Shown: piece by piece, positions 27,185 through 38,358 of the stretch
Numbering within the stretch: position 1 is the stretch's first letter
How the letters are laid out: every line of letters begins with the position of its first letter
Virus record (IMG/VR): IMGVR_UViG_3300014205_000180
Coordinates: 32,001 to 96,000 of that record
Source of the DNA: a virus
Lineage: Duplodnaviria; Caudoviricetes
Direction: 5' to 3' (one strand)
Length of the DNA: 64,000 bases
The notes under the pieces: model-generated
What the model saw: the letters and a program-made list of their open reading frames with translations, nothing else
Told to the model about the DNA's origin: nothing
The model's database searches: none
Position numbers and translations under genes: made by a program

Positions 27185-29347
27185 TTATCTCTCGCAAGTC
27201 CCCCCTGCGCAAGCAACTACTTCTTTGTGGCTAGTATAATCTTCATTTTCTTCGAATAACTCCCAATCGACCGGGACATACTCTCCGACCAACTCGTTCC
27301 ATTTTTTAATATCTTCAGGAGATTCGACTACTTCAAATGGTGCTTGTCTATATATCTTATCACCAGATTTAGGAAGTAAGCTTATTCCAGAGAAGCAATT
27401 GCGATTTTCATAGATATATTTAGTAACTTCATCCCATTCATTCGTATCAACTAATACAGTATTAGATACATTATGTGTCAGACCAGGACTTGAATCTGGT
27501 CTAGCCGTGCCAGGAAGGACCCAATTTTCATAGGTCTTTTTGACATTATCAAGGAATTGAATAGCTGTTAAATCGCTCTTGAGAATTGCATTCTCAGGAA
27601 CATCTATGCAGAATGTTATAACTTTATCATCAGTACCCCAAACTGATTTCTCAACCATTTTAGGATTGTGCAATTCAAAATACTTAAGCGGCTGTTCGAC
27701 TGGATTTGCAACTATTCTACGGAAATAACGTCTAGAGTGGTGTGGGTGGATTCCAGAACCAGTTCCAAGGACCAATGATGTTGAGCCACTTGGTTTAGTA
27801 CACGTTACTCTTGCAGCAGGTTTAATCCCAATCTTTTCAGCATATTCCTTATTAACTGATATGGCATATTCAGCCATCTCTTTCTGATTATCTGCATTTA
27901 ATAAAATTTCTGGATTGTCCATCCATCCAGTTATCGAAACACCAAGCAAAGCTTCTCTCCTAACAATGTTTCTAGTCGTATCAGTTAAATAATTCAAATA
28001 AGTAAATCCAGCTTGTATGGTACCAATTATTGTAGCTGCTTTAACAGCAATTTTAAAATCATCTATGTTCTTGATTTTACCACCATTTATTTCGCAAAGA
28101 TTGCAGAATGCCCATCCAGTATTATCAGTTTTTGGATCTACAGGATTTAAACCTATTTCAACGCACGGATTATACCCGTGATCCAAATTATTAAGAAATA
28201 CAAATCCTGGCTCACCATAAGCCTTTGCACTATTAACTATCTTTTGGAAGTCTTCAAATTTGCATGAATCTCTTAGCAATGCGACAGAATTATTAGAACG
28301 CGCACGCCATGGATAAAGATTGAACCATCCTATATTGACATTTTCACCAGCTTTAGGATCTTCACCATTATCATTTTTTAGATTTATAGCCTCACCAAGA
28401 TCTGTAAGCCATGTACCATCTTTAGAATTATAAGACAATACATTGCCACGTTTCATCATAGTTTTAGCATGCATCATTTCTTCATCATCGATTGAAAATA
28501 AGCAAATTGTAGCTGATCTACGGATTCCGCCAGCAAGAACACAATCGGCTGCAATCATCGCTATATCATAAACATTTATTGGATTAAGCTGTTCTTGTTC
28601 TGCTTCAACAACATCATGTAAAAGTTTCTTAATATGTTTAATAGCTTTCATCAATGGCTTTGGCCCTGGTGCGCGGCCACCACTGGTCTTAAGCCATGAA
28701 CCTTTACGACGAATTCTTGAATAATCAAAGAATACTTCTTTACCAGAAAGTGGATTACCAGCAAAGTACGAATTCATTAAAACTTCAATTGCATCAGCCC
28801 AACCTTCAATAGTATCACCAACGACATAAGTTGTAATTTCTTTTTCAGAAGCATCAGCGTGTTTGACTAATTTAGGCAGTTTAGCAACATGCTGTTTTTG
28901 AACACTAAATCCAGTACCAACACCACTTAATAAAAGCCATAATGTTTCACTGAAAAAACGCTGACGATCAGCAAGAGTAAATGAACAGTTATAAATTCTA
29001 GCGTCATTAGCAATAATAGCATCACCACCAAATTGCAGAGATCTCATGCTTGGCAGAACACGTTTTTCTAGAACTTGTTCAAATGCCCAATCTATTTCTT
29101 TTTCTATTCCTTTTGTACCATATCTGAATTTGTGCATGTCGCGCACACGATAGATCATTTCCTTCCAAGTTTCTCTTCTCTTTTTCTTTGTATCAAATCT
29201 TGCATATCTAGTAGTTATCGTATAGTCTGATATCGCATCATTATGAGTTGAAGGAAGGGCAGTTTCTTCAGACATATTCACTATGTCCTGTGTTGCAACT
29301 GACATTATTTTATCTTTCTTGGCTGGCTTGATTTTTGATTTTATCAT
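27185..29347 (-). CDS. nrdJ: Class II (B12-dependent) ribonucleotide reductase
   Basis: RRETW, YNCS, GGIRRSA, SNNS, NPCVEI, CNLCE, KPSGSTS, terminal CAGGTC; no class I C-terminal YY pair and no beta-subunit gene nearby. Confidence 0.88.
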   Translation of the reverse strand: MIKSKIKPAKKDKIMSVATQDIVNMSEETALPSTHNDAISDYTITTRYARFDTKKKRRETWKEMIYRVRDMHKFRYGTKGIEKEIDWAFEQVLEKRVLPSMRSLQFGGDAIIANDARIYNCSFTLADRQRFFSETLWLLLSGVGTGFSVQKQHVAKLPKLVKHADASEKEITTYVVGDTIEGWADAIEVLMNSYFAGNPLSGKEVFFDYSRIRRKGSWLKTSGGRAPGPKPLMKAIKHIKKLLHDVVEAEQEQLNPINVYDIAMIAADCVLAGGIRRSATICLFSIDDEEMMHAKTMMKRGNVLSYNSKDGTWLTDLGEAINLKNDNGEDPKAGENVNIGWFNLYPWRARSNNSVALLRDSCKFEDFQKIVNSAKAYGEPGFVFLNNLDHGYNPCVEIGLNPVDPKTDNTGWAFCNLCEINGGKIKNIDDFKIAVKAATIIGTIQAGFTYLNYLTDTTRNIVRREALLGVSITGWMDNPEILLNADNQKEMAEYAISVNKEYAEKIGIKPAARVTCTKPSGSTSLVLGTGSGIHPHHSRRYFRRIVANPVEQPLKYFELHNPKMVEKSVWGTDDKVITFCIDVPENAILKSDLTAIQFLDNVKKTYENWVLPGTARPDSSPGLTHNVSNTVLVDTNEWDEVTKYIYENRNCFSGISLLPKSGDKIYRQAPFEVVESPEDIKKWNELVGEYVPVDWELFEENEDYTSHKEVVACAGGTCER

Positions 29348-29520
29348 GATTAAAATCCGAGGTTCGATTTATCAAATACCCCGTAGATTTTATCATGATT
29401 CTTGACATTTTTTAAGTCTCGTCTGTCATTATTTTTTCCAAACTCACGATCTTTTGTGATTATTTCGCAATGCAAAATTGGAAAATTATTAAAAGTAAAT
29501 AACTTTATAAAATATAAAAT

Positions 29521-30489
29521 ATGACAAAAATAATTGATATAATCAACGAAAAGCTTGATTCAGAATTAATTGATATAATCAGCGAACAGCTTGATTCAGA
29601 ATTATTTTCTAAATCTTATAATAAGCCTCATATAGCTGGTTGGATAAAAAGAAATCATGAACTTGGCCATTATTCAAAAAACGATTATATTAAAATTGTC
29701 AAATGGGTGGAAGACAAAAATCCAAATTTGGAAAATTACGATTTTAGATCTGCATTAGCATTAGCTGATGCTTATGTAAAATCATTAAAGAAAAACAATT
29801 TTAGTGATTCTGCTGATATAAAATTCAACAATTTAATATTCAAATTCGACAATGGCAAAGAATGGCATTCATTTGGAAGTAAAGATTGTAATGGTATAAT
29901 TCATAAGTTAGCATATGATTGTTCAAGTGAATTGAGACAAGTATACAGTGGATCAAATGAAGCATATGTATTAATAGATGATCAAGAAAATGTTTTATGC
30001 ATAGCAATAAATGATGGGAAAGGATTATCAATAATCGGAAAATTAGGTAATGATCCGATAAATTGTCATAACGAAATACATTATTTATGCGTTAGAAAAG
30101 GAATGCCGTTAAATATAAATTCATTTAGTTATGATGAGTTAGTTGATGCAATTAAATCAAAAGTTATTAACGTTGATGACAACGTTAAAGATATAATGAA
30201 GAGATTAAAACCACAAGACGTAGTTGATTGTAAATTGCTTAGATATTGTCATTTCTGCAATTTGTCAAACATGTTATCTATATATTTAAAATGTGGACAA
30301 GACTGCATTGTAAAGTACATTATGGCATCATTAGTATATTATGGTCTAACTAAAAGTGCATTGTATGGAACAGTCAAACAAATAATAAATGATCGCAATT
30401 TAGGTAAAGATTTTGCTATTGACTCAAGTGATTCAAGACCATACCTAGATTTAATCGATAAATATCAAAGTGAAATTATAAAATTGTAA
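29521..30489 (+). CDS. Hypothetical protein with duplicated 12-aa N-terminal unit
   Basis: IDIINEKLDSEL/IDIISEQLDSEL (36-nt tandem repeat). Confidence 0.7.
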   Translation: MTKIIDIINEKLDSELIDIISEQLDSELFSKSYNKPHIAGWIKRNHELGHYSKNDYIKIVKWVEDKNPNLENYDFRSALALADAYVKSLKKNNFSDSADIKFNNLIFKFDNGKEWHSFGSKDCNGIIHKLAYDCSSELRQVYSGSNEAYVLIDDQENVLCIAINDGKGLSIIGKLGNDPINCHNEIHYLCVRKGMPLNINSFSYDELVDAIKSKVINVDDNVKDIMKRLKPQDVVDCKLLRYCHFCNLSNMLSIYLKCGQDCIVKYIMASLVYYGLTKSALYGTVKQIINDRNLGKDFAIDSSDSRPYLDLIDKYQSEIIKL

Positions 30490-33400
30490 TTATCCAACAG
30501 TAAATGGCGGATCTCCTTGTATAACCATTAAACCAATTCCGCCAAATGATGAAGATGATGTGCTTAGTGAAATGCTAACTGTTGATTCAGAATAAGATGA
30601 TAATGATATACTAGGAGATGAACTTGAATTTGATTCAGATGATCCAGATGACCTAGATGACCTAGATGATCTAGAGTCAGATGATCTTGATGACCTTGAA
30701 GATCTAGATGTTGAAGATGAAGAGGTTGATGATAACGATGCTGATACAGATGATTGAGATTGAATAGATAATGATGATAATGATGATGGTGATGTAGACG
30801 AAGTAGAATTTGTTGATCTTGATGAATTAGATGTAGATGATGTAGATAATGATATGCTAACAGATGACAAATCAGATACTGATGTCGATGATTCTGATGA
30901 TTGAGATGACAATGAAATACTTATTGTTGAATCAGTTGAAACTGATGATTCAGAAATTGATGATTGCGAAGACAAAGAAGATAAAGAAGATAAAGATGAA
31001 TTAGACGATCTAAGTTCAGTAGATGACGAACTTGATGAACTTAAAGATCTACTTGAGAATGAACTGAATGATGATCCAGCTTCTGTTGAATCTGATGATT
31101 CTGATGATTCTGATGATCTAAGTTCTGTTGATTCTGAAGATAAAGTCGATAATGATTGAGACGATAATGTTGATTGAGACGATGATGATGATTCAGTCGA
31201 TGATGATGATTCAGTTGATTGTGATGATTCAGTTGATAATGATTTTGATGATGATGAAGAAGATGATGACGATTCAGTAGATTGCGATGATAATGTTGAT
31301 AATGATCTGGAAGAAGATGAAGATGATTGATCAGACGACAGCGATGATAATGATTCAGTAGATTGTGACGACTGCGTTGATAACGACCTTGAAGAAGATG
31401 ATGATTCAGAAGATAATGTTGATAATGATTGTGTTGATGGTGATGAATTAGTTGATTCAGAAGAAAGTGTTGATAATGACTGTGTTGATTCAGAGGATTG
31501 AGTTGACAACGACTGCGTAGATGGCGAAGAAACAGTTGATTCAGATGAAAATGTTGATAGTGATTGTGTTGACTCAGAAGAAGCGGTAGATTCAGAAGAC
31601 AATGTTGATAGTGATTGTGTAGATTGCGATGAATTAGTTGAATTAGTCGATTCAGAAGATAATGTTGATAATGACTGTGTGGACGGTGATGAAACAGTAG
31701 ACTCAGAGGATAGCGTTGATAATGACTGTGTTGATGGTGATGAATTAGTTGATTCAGAAGAAAGCGTTGATAATGACTGTGTTGATGGTGATGAATTAGT
31801 TGATTCAGAAGAAAGCGTTGATAATGACTGTGTTGATGGTGATGAATTAGTTGATTCAGAAGAAAGTGTTGATAATGACTGTGTGGACAGTGATGAATTA
31901 GTTGATTCAGAAGATAATGATTTTGTAGATTCAGAAGAGATAGTTGATTCAGAAGATAATGTTGATAATGATTCAGTAGATGGTGATGAATTAGTTGATT
32001 CAGAAGATAATGTAGATAGTGATTGCGTAGACTCAGAAGATACAGAAGATAATGTCGATAATGACTGAGTAGACTCAGAAGAAGCAGTTGATTCAGATGA
32101 TAATGTCGATAATGACTGTGTTGATGGTGAAGAAGCAGTAGATTCAGATGATAATGTCGATAACGACTGCGTAGACTCAGAAAAGGCAGTTGATTCAGAT
32201 GATAATGTCGATAATGACTGTGTTGATGGTGAAGAAGCAGTAGATTCAGATGATAATGTTGATAACGACTGCGTAGACGGTGATGAATTAGTAGATTCAG
32301 ATGATAATGTTGATAACGACTGCGTAGACGGTGATGAATTAGTAGATTCAGAAGATAATGTTGATAATGATTCAGTAGATGGTGATGAATTAGTCGATTC
32401 AGAAGATAGTGTTGATAATGATTGCGTAGATTCAGAAGAAACAGTTGATTCAGATGATTGTGTTGATAACGACTGCGTTGATGGTGAAGAGACAGTAGAT
32501 TCAGATGATAATGTTGATAACGATTGTGTAGACGGTGATGAAATCGTAGATTCAGAAGATAATGTCGATAATGACTGTGTAGATTCAGAAGAAACAGAAG
32601 ATAGTGTTGATAATGATTGTGTAGACTCAGAAGAATTAGTAGATTCAGATGATTGAGTTGACAGCGAAAAATTAGTTGATTCAGAAGATAATGTCGATAG
32701 TGACTGTGTAGACGGTGATGAGTTAGTTGATTCAGAAGAAAGCGTTGATAATGACTGTGTTGATAGTGATGAATTAGTTGATTCAGAAGATAATGTTGAT
32801 AATGACTGTGTTGATAGTGATGAATTAGTTGATTCAGAAGATAATGTTGATAATGACTGAGTTGATAGTGATGAATTAGTTGATTCAGAAGATAATGTTG
32901 ATAATGACTGAGTTGATTCAGAAGATAATGTTGATAATGACTGAGTTGATTCAGAAGATAATGTTGATAATGACTGAGTAGATTCAGAAGAATTAGTAGA
33001 TTCAGAAAATAACGTTGATAATGACTGTGTAGATTGAGATGAGATAGTTGATTCAGACGAGATAGTTGATAACGATTGCGTTGATGGTGATGAATTGGTA
33101 GATTCAGAAGATAGCGTTGATAATGATTGCGTAGACGGTGATGAAGCAGAAGATAGTGATTCAGTAGACAATGAAGAGACAGTAGACTCAGACGATAATG
33201 TCGATAATGATTGTGTAGACGGTGATGAAACAGTCGATTCAGTTGATAATGTTGATAATGACTGCGTAGATGGCGATGAAACAGTTGATTCAGAAGATAA
33301 CGTAGATTCAGATGACTGCGTTGACAATGAAAAATCTGATGGCGATGATTGTGAAGATAATGTTGATAATGACTGTGTAGACGGTGATGAATTAGTAGAT

Positions 33401-36400
33401 TCAGTAGATAATGTTGATAATGACTGTGTTGACGGTGATGAGTTAGTTGATTCAGAAGATAATGTTGATAATGACTGCGTAGACGGTGATGAATTAGTAG
33501 ATTCAGAAGATAATGTTGATAATGACTGTGTAGACGGTGAAGAGACAGTTGATTCAGAAGATAATGTTGACAATGACTGTGTAGATGCAGAAGATACAGA
33601 AGATTCAGAAGATAACGTTGATAATGATTGTGTAGACTCAGAAGAAGCAGTAGATTCAGAAGAAATAGTTGATTCAGAAGATAATGTTGACAATGATTGT
33701 GTAGATTCAGAAGAAACAGTTGACTCGGAAGAAGCAGTAGATTCAGAAGATAATGTCGATAATGACTGTGTAGATGGTGATGAGTTAGTTGATTCGAAAG
33801 ATAATGTTGATAATGATTGTGTCGATTCAGAAGAAACAGAAGATAATGTTGATAATGACTGCGTAGATTCAGAAGACAATGTTGATTCAGATGATTGAGT
33901 TGATAATGAAAAATCTGATGGTGAAGATTGTGAAGATAATGTTGACAATGACTGCGTAGATGGCGATGAAACAGTAGACTCAGAAGATAATGTAGACTCA
34001 GACTGTGTTGATTCAGAAGATAACGTTGATAGTGATTCAGTAGATTGCGATGAAATAGTAGATTCAGAAGATACAGTTGATAATGACTGTGTTGATAATG
34101 ACTGTGTTGATAATGACTGTGTTGATAATGACTGTGTTGATAATGACTGTGTTGATAATGATGAAACAGCAGATTCAGAAGATACAGTTGATAATGATTC
34201 AGTAGACAGCGAAGAGGCAGTAGATTCAGAAGATAACGTTGATAACGATTGTGTTGATGGTGATGAATCAGTAGACTCAGAAGATAATGTAGATTCAGAT
34301 GACTGCGTTGACAATGAAAAATCTGATGGCGATGATTGTGAAGATAATGACTGTGTTGATGGTGAAGAGACAGTCGATTCAGATGATAACGATTCGGTAG
34401 ATAGTGATGAAGCAGTAGATTCAGAAGATAATGTCGATAATGACTGCGTAGACGGTGATGAAGCAGTAGATTCAGAAGATAATGTCGATAATGACTGCGT
34501 AGACGGTGATGAGTTAGTTGATTCAGAAGATAATGTCGATAATGACTGAGTAGACTCAGAAGAAGCAGTTGATTCAGATGATAATGTCGATAATGATTGT
34601 GTTGATGGTGAGGAAGCAGTAGATTCAGATGATAATGTCGATAATGACTGTGTTGATGGTGAAGAAACAGTCGATTCAGATGATAATGTAGATAATGATT
34701 CGGTAGATAATGATGAAGCAGTAGATTCAGATGATAATGTCGATAATGACTGAGTTGATGGTGAGGAAACAGTAGATTCAGATGATAATGTCGATAATGA
34801 AAAATCAGATGGAGATGACTGCGAAGATAATGTTGATAATGATTTCGTAGATTCAGAAGAAATAGTTGATTCAGATGAAAGTGTCGATAGTGACTGTGTA
34901 GACTCAGAAGATAATGTTGATTCAGAAGATAATGTTGACAATGATTCAGTTGATTGTGATGAAATAGTTGATTCAGAAGATAATGTCGATAATGACTGTG
35001 TAGATGGCGACGAAATAGTTGATTCAGAAGATAGTGTCGATAGTGACTGTGTAGACTCAGAAGATAATGTAGACTCAGAAGATAATGTTGATAATGATTC
35101 AGTTGATTGCGATGAAGCGGTAGATTCGGAAGATTGTGTAGACTGTGAAGAAGCAGTAGATTCAGAAGACTGTGTTGATAATGACTGCGTAGATAACGAA
35201 GATAACGTTGATTCTGAAGATGAAGATGATGATGATTCAGTCGACTGTGATGAAATAGTAGATTCTGAAGATAATGTAGATAATGATCGCGTTGATAGTG
35301 AAGATATGGTAGATTGTGTCGAAAATGATTCACTTGACAATGATGAAGAAGTTGATTCAGAAGACTGTGTTGATAATGAAATAGTAGATTGCGATGAAAT
35401 AGTAGACTGCGATGAAATAGTTGATTGTGACGATAAGGATCTTGAAGAATCAGAAGATGACGACGATGAACTAAAAGATTGTGATGATAACGATCTTGAA
35501 GAATCAGAAGATGATGTAGAAGAGGATAATGACGACAATGATCTTGAAGAATCAGAAGATGATGTAGAAGATAACGAAGATAATGAAGATAATGAAGATA
35601 ATGAAAAATCAGACGGAGATGAATTTGAAGATAGTGATACTAAAGATATCAAAGAAAGTGACGATGATGAAGTTGAATAAGAAGAATTAGTTGATGTTGA
35701 TGAAGAAGAAGTAGACGAAGATGAAATTGAGTTTGAACTTAACGATGTTAATGAAGATTCTGTTGACCAAGAAGTAATAGATGATGATAATGATGAATTA
35801 GTAGAAGTTGAAGATGACGATAATGATTCAGATGATAAAGATAATTCTGATATAGAAGATAATGATGTTAACGAAGTTGCTGATGATGGTGTAGATGACG
35901 ATGATGTCGAAGATGATTGCGTTGATAATGAATATGATGATATTGATGATGGTGTTGAATATGACGATGATTCAGATGATAGTGTCGATAATGAAAGTGA
36001 AGAGTTAGATGATGAAAGTGAAGATAAAGATGAATTTGATAATGTTGATTCAGATGAATATGAAGATTCAGATGATGATGTCGAAGATGATTGCGTTGAT
36101 AATGAATATGATGATATTGATGATGGTGTTGAGTATGACGATGATTCAGATGATAGTGTCGATAATGAAAGTGAAGAACTTGATAATGATGAATTAGTAG
36201 AAGTTGAAGATGATAATGTCGATTCAGATGAATATGAAGAATCCGAAGATGTTGTTGAAGATGATAATGTTGATAATGAAGAATCAGAAGATATTGATGA
36301 TGACAATGATGAATTAGTAGAAGTTGATGACGATGATGATGATTCAGACGACAATGACGATAAGGATAATGAACTAAAAGAAGATATTGTTGACAATGAT

Positions 36401-37119
36401 GAATCAGATGATAATGATGTTTCCGAACTAAAAGTTGATAACGAGCTAATTGAAATAGATGTATCAGAAGATTGTGATTCTGAAGATAGCGATGTTGATT
36501 CTGAAGATAATGATGTTGATTCTGAAGATAATGATGTTGATTCTGTAGATAATGATGTCGATGATTCTGTAGATAATGATATAGATGATTCTGTCGATAA
36601 TGAAGATACTGATGATTCTGTCGATACTGATGATTCTGATGTAGATTTAGATGATATCGAACTAAGTGATTTAATAGTAGATTCTGAAGAATAAGATGAT
36701 GATTCAGAAGTAATTGATGTTGACTCAGTTGATAATGAACTAATAGAAGATATCGATGAACTTAATGATATAGATGAATATGAAGACATGATCATTGTAG
36801 ATGAAGAGCTAGAACTTCTATCATCGAATATTTCATGCAATTTTTTGCACGCGTAGTCTAAATCTATATCATAATCTACTTCACTTAATACTATATAATT
36901 TCTTATAAATTTTGTATTAGATCTAACTCTTAACCTATCATATTTTCTTGGATCATCACCATCATCTGGCATTGTTATTAATTTGCAGTCTATTCCTAAA
37001 ACACTGCAAAAAAGATTAACTTCAACAGATGTATATTTATCGATTATTACTTCATTATCAGCAAGTCTTAATGTTAACGCTTTATATCTTGGAGTAGTTA
37101 TCAATACAAATTCACACAT
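30490..37119 (-). CDS. Giant Ser/Thr-rich repeat (mucin/SRRP-like) protein
   Basis: 2209 aa without a stop; ~100-aa N-terminal domain, ~2090 aa of S/T/L/E/Q repeats, terminal GGIGLMVIQGDPPFTVG. Confidence 0.85.
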   Translation of the reverse strand: MCEFVLITTPRYKALTLRLADNEVIIDKYTSVEVNLFCSVLGIDCKLITMPDDGDDPRKYDRLRVRSNTKFIRNYIVLSEVDYDIDLDYACKKLHEIFDDRSSSSSSTMIMSSYSSISLSSSISSISSLSTESTSITSESSSYSSESTIKSLSSISSKSTSESSVSTESSVSSLSTESSISLSTESSTSLSTESTSLSSESTSLSSESTSLSSESQSSDTSISISSLSTFSSETSLSSDSSLSTISSFSSLSLSSLSSESSSSSSTSTNSSLSSSISSDSSLSTLSSSTTSSDSSYSSESTLSSSTSTNSSLSSSSLSLSTLSSESSSYSTPSSISSYSLSTQSSSTSSSESSYSSESTLSNSSLSSLSSSNSSLSLSTLSSESSSYSTPSSISSYSLSTQSSSTSSSSTPSSATSLTSLSSISELSLSSESLSSSSTSTNSSLSSSITSWSTESSLTSLSSNSISSSSTSSSSTSTNSSYSTSSSSLSLISLVSLSSNSSPSDFSLSSLSSLSSLSSTSSSDSSRSLSSLSSSTSSSDSSRSLSSQSFSSSSSSSDSSRSLSSQSTISSQSTISSQSTISLSTQSSESTSSSLSSESFSTQSTISSLSTRSLSTLSSESTISSQSTESSSSSSSESTLSSLSTQSLSTQSSESTASSQSTQSSESTASSQSTESLSTLSSESTLSSESTQSLSTLSSESTISSPSTQSLSTLSSESTISSQSTESLSTLSSESTLSSESTQSLSTLSSESTISSESTKSLSTLSSQSSPSDFSLSTLSSESTVSSPSTQSLSTLSSESTASSLSTESLSTLSSESTVSSPSTQSLSTLSSESTASSPSTQSLSTLSSESTASSESTQSLSTLSSESTNSSPSTQSLSTLSSESTASSPSTQSLSTLSSESTASSLSTESLSSESTVSSPSTQSLSSQSSPSDFSLSTQSSESTLSSESTDSSPSTQSLSTLSSESTASSLSTESLSTVSSESAVSSLSTQSLSTQSLSTQSLSTQSLSTQSLSTVSSESTISSQSTESLSTLSSESTQSESTLSSESTVSSPSTQSLSTLSSQSSPSDFSLSTQSSESTLSSESTQSLSTLSSVSSESTQSLSTLSFESTNSSPSTQSLSTLSSESTASSESTVSSESTQSLSTLSSESTISSESTASSESTQSLSTLSSESSVSSASTQSLSTLSSESTVSSPSTQSLSTLSSESTNSSPSTQSLSTLSSESTNSSPSTQSLSTLSTESTNSSPSTQSLSTLSSQSSPSDFSLSTQSSESTLSSESTVSSPSTQSLSTLSTESTVSSPSTQSLSTLSSESTVSSLSTESLSSASSPSTQSLSTLSSESTNSSPSTQSLSTISSESTISSQSTQSLSTLFSESTNSSESTQSLSTLSSESTQSLSTLSSESTQSLSTLSSESTNSSLSTQSLSTLSSESTNSSLSTQSLSTLSSESTNSSLSTQSLSTLSSESTNSSPSTQSLSTLSSESTNFSLSTQSSESTNSSESTQSLSTLSSVSSESTQSLSTLSSESTISSPSTQSLSTLSSESTVSSPSTQSLSTQSSESTVSSESTQSLSTLSSESTNSSPSTESLSTLSSESTNSSPSTQSLSTLSSESTNSSPSTQSLSTLSSESTASSPSTQSLSTLSSESTAFSESTQSLSTLSSESTASSPSTQSLSTLSSESTASSESTQSLSTLSSVSSESTQSLSTLSSESTNSSPSTESLSTLSSESTISSESTKSLSSESTNSSLSTQSLSTLSSESTNSSPSTQSLSTLSSESTNSSPSTQSLSTLSSESTNSSPSTQSLSTLSSESTVSSPSTQSLSTLSSESTNSTNSSQSTQSLSTLSSESTASSESTQSLSTFSSESTVSSPSTQSLSTQSSESTQSLSTLSSESTNSSPSTQSLSTLSSESSSSSRSLSTQSSQSTESLSSLSSDQSSSSSSRSLSTLSSQSTESSSSSSSSSKSLSTESSQSTESSSSTESSSSSQSTLSSQSLSTLSSESTELRSSESSESSDSTEAGSSFSSFSSRSLSSSSSSSTELRSSNSSLSSLSSLSSQSSISESSVSTDSTISISLSSQSSESSTSVSDLSSVSISLSTSSTSNSSRSTNSTSSTSPSSLSSLSIQSQSSVSASLSSTSSSSTSRSSRSSRSSDSRSSRSSRSSGSSESNSSSSPSISLSSYSESTVSISLSTSSSSFGGIGLMVIQGDPPFTVG
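30550..36820. repeat. Coding tandem repeat array, main unit ~51 nt (STQSLSTLSSESTxSSP)
   Basis: Degenerate tandem units; 15-nt unit x5 near 34076-34160; ~100-nt duplicate near 35900 and 36075. Confidence 0.9.
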
Positions 37120-37190
37120 ATGATTTACCTGCTATTAATTTACATAGTTTAGCACCATGCATATTATATATTTGAATATGCACATACTAA

Positions 37191-38309
37191 TCATTTTATA
37201 TAATATTCTTTATTTATGACCTTTATATATCCTTCATGATTACCTGCCCTAAGCTCCGCTGGAACTAATACATCAACCCCATTTTCTATATCATGAACAA
37301 CCTTGCTTATAGCATCATTTGCAAATTTGTCTCTTTTACTATTGGTTATTTCTATCGTTGCAAGAGACATCGGTATCCTACATTCTGGGTATCCAACATC
37401 TCTAGCTGCAATATAGGCATTTAAAGCACAAATTTGTGCCATTTGGCTATGTGGCGCATCTTCTGAACTACTTATCAAAATTCTCCTAGCAATAAATCGC
37501 ATATCTTCACCACTAAGCATCCATCGGCCAAGGAAATATAAAGCTTGATTAACATCAGAATTTTGCACAGAATTTTGCCAAGCAGAAGCAAAATCGAAAT
37601 GTTCATTACCATTTGGACTTAAATAAAGGTGTTTACATGGTATAGCAATATCAACCAATGATTCAGTTACAGATCCATCACCATCAATTAATGATTCAAT
37701 TATTGTTTCAAGGACTGTGATTAATTTTCTCGGATCACCACTACATCTATTAATCAATAATATAACAGAGTCAGGTTCAACTTTAATTGATCTACCCTTA
37801 TCTTTATAATATTTAAAAACCTTTAACATTAATTTCATCATATCTTGTTTATCTAATGGCTTAGTTTCCCATACTAATACTCTACTCAAAATTGCCGCAT
37901 TAACAGAATGAGCAGGCTTTTCTACAGTTGTTCCAACTATAGTTATTATACCTTCTTCTACTGCTGGTAATAAAATATCTTGAACATTCTTAGCGAATCT
38001 ATGAAATTCTTGTAATAATAATAAATATTTAGTTCCCATTTTAAGTCTTGCTTCAGCTATTTCTAAAATTTTTCTAATGTCAGCGACTTTTGCTTCTGTA
38101 GCGTCTAACTCTTTGAATTCATAACCAGCATCATTAGCCAATGCCCTAGTTATTGTAGTTTTTGAACATCCAGTAGGACCCCATAGAATAAAACTAGTAA
38201 GTTTTTTAGATTTAGCCATTGCCGATATTGGACCATTATCACCGATCAAATGTTTTTGGCCAACCACTTCAGAAAGTGTACTTGGCCTTAAAATATGTGC
38301 TAATGTCAT
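37191..38309 (-). CDS. rarA: Replication-associated recombination protein A (RarA/MgsA) AAA+ ATPase
   Basis: LA..LRP..L.EVVGQ.HL, ILWGPTGCSKTT, EFHRF.K..QD.LLP.VE.G, A.LSR, IARRI.I.SSED, GYPECRIP. Confidence 0.92.
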   Translation of the reverse strand: MTLAHILRPSTLSEVVGQKHLIGDNGPISAMAKSKKLTSFILWGPTGCSKTTITRALANDAGYEFKELDATEAKVADIRKILEIAEARLKMGTKYLLLLQEFHRFAKNVQDILLPAVEEGIITIVGTTVEKPAHSVNAAILSRVLVWETKPLDKQDMMKLMLKVFKYYKDKGRSIKVEPDSVILLINRCSGDPRKLITVLETIIESLIDGDGSVTESLVDIAIPCKHLYLSPNGNEHFDFASAWQNSVQNSDVNQALYFLGRWMLSGEDMRFIARRILISSSEDAPHSQMAQICALNAYIAARDVGYPECRIPMSLATIEITNSKRDKFANDAISKVVHDIENGVDVLVPAELRAGNHEGYIKVINKEYYIK

Positions 38310-38358
38310 AATTATAATATACAAAGCTCAAAATATAAAATTATAAGTAAATATTAAT

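Noticed and set aside
28330-28465. Intein or intron in nrdJ
   Set aside because: The ~45-aa insertion lacks C/S...HN-C splice motifs and keeps the frame; treated as a loop insertion.
29355-29380. tRNA-like GGTTCGATT
   Set aside because: No T stem or cloverleaf can be formed.
31041-35333. 1430-aa His/Leu/Asn-rich alternative-frame ORF (also 16529-17122, 20698-20970)
   Set aside because: By-product of TCA/TCT/ACT-rich Ser/Thr repeats that lack stops in the shifted frame.
31679-36197. Asp/Glu-rich antisense ORFs (also 17139-17420, 20585-21124, 42404-42688)
   Set aside because: Reverse-complement shadows of Ser codons, frequently broken by stops.
30550-36820. CRISPR array
   Set aside because: Contiguous degenerate codon-phase repeats without unique spacers; no cas genes.
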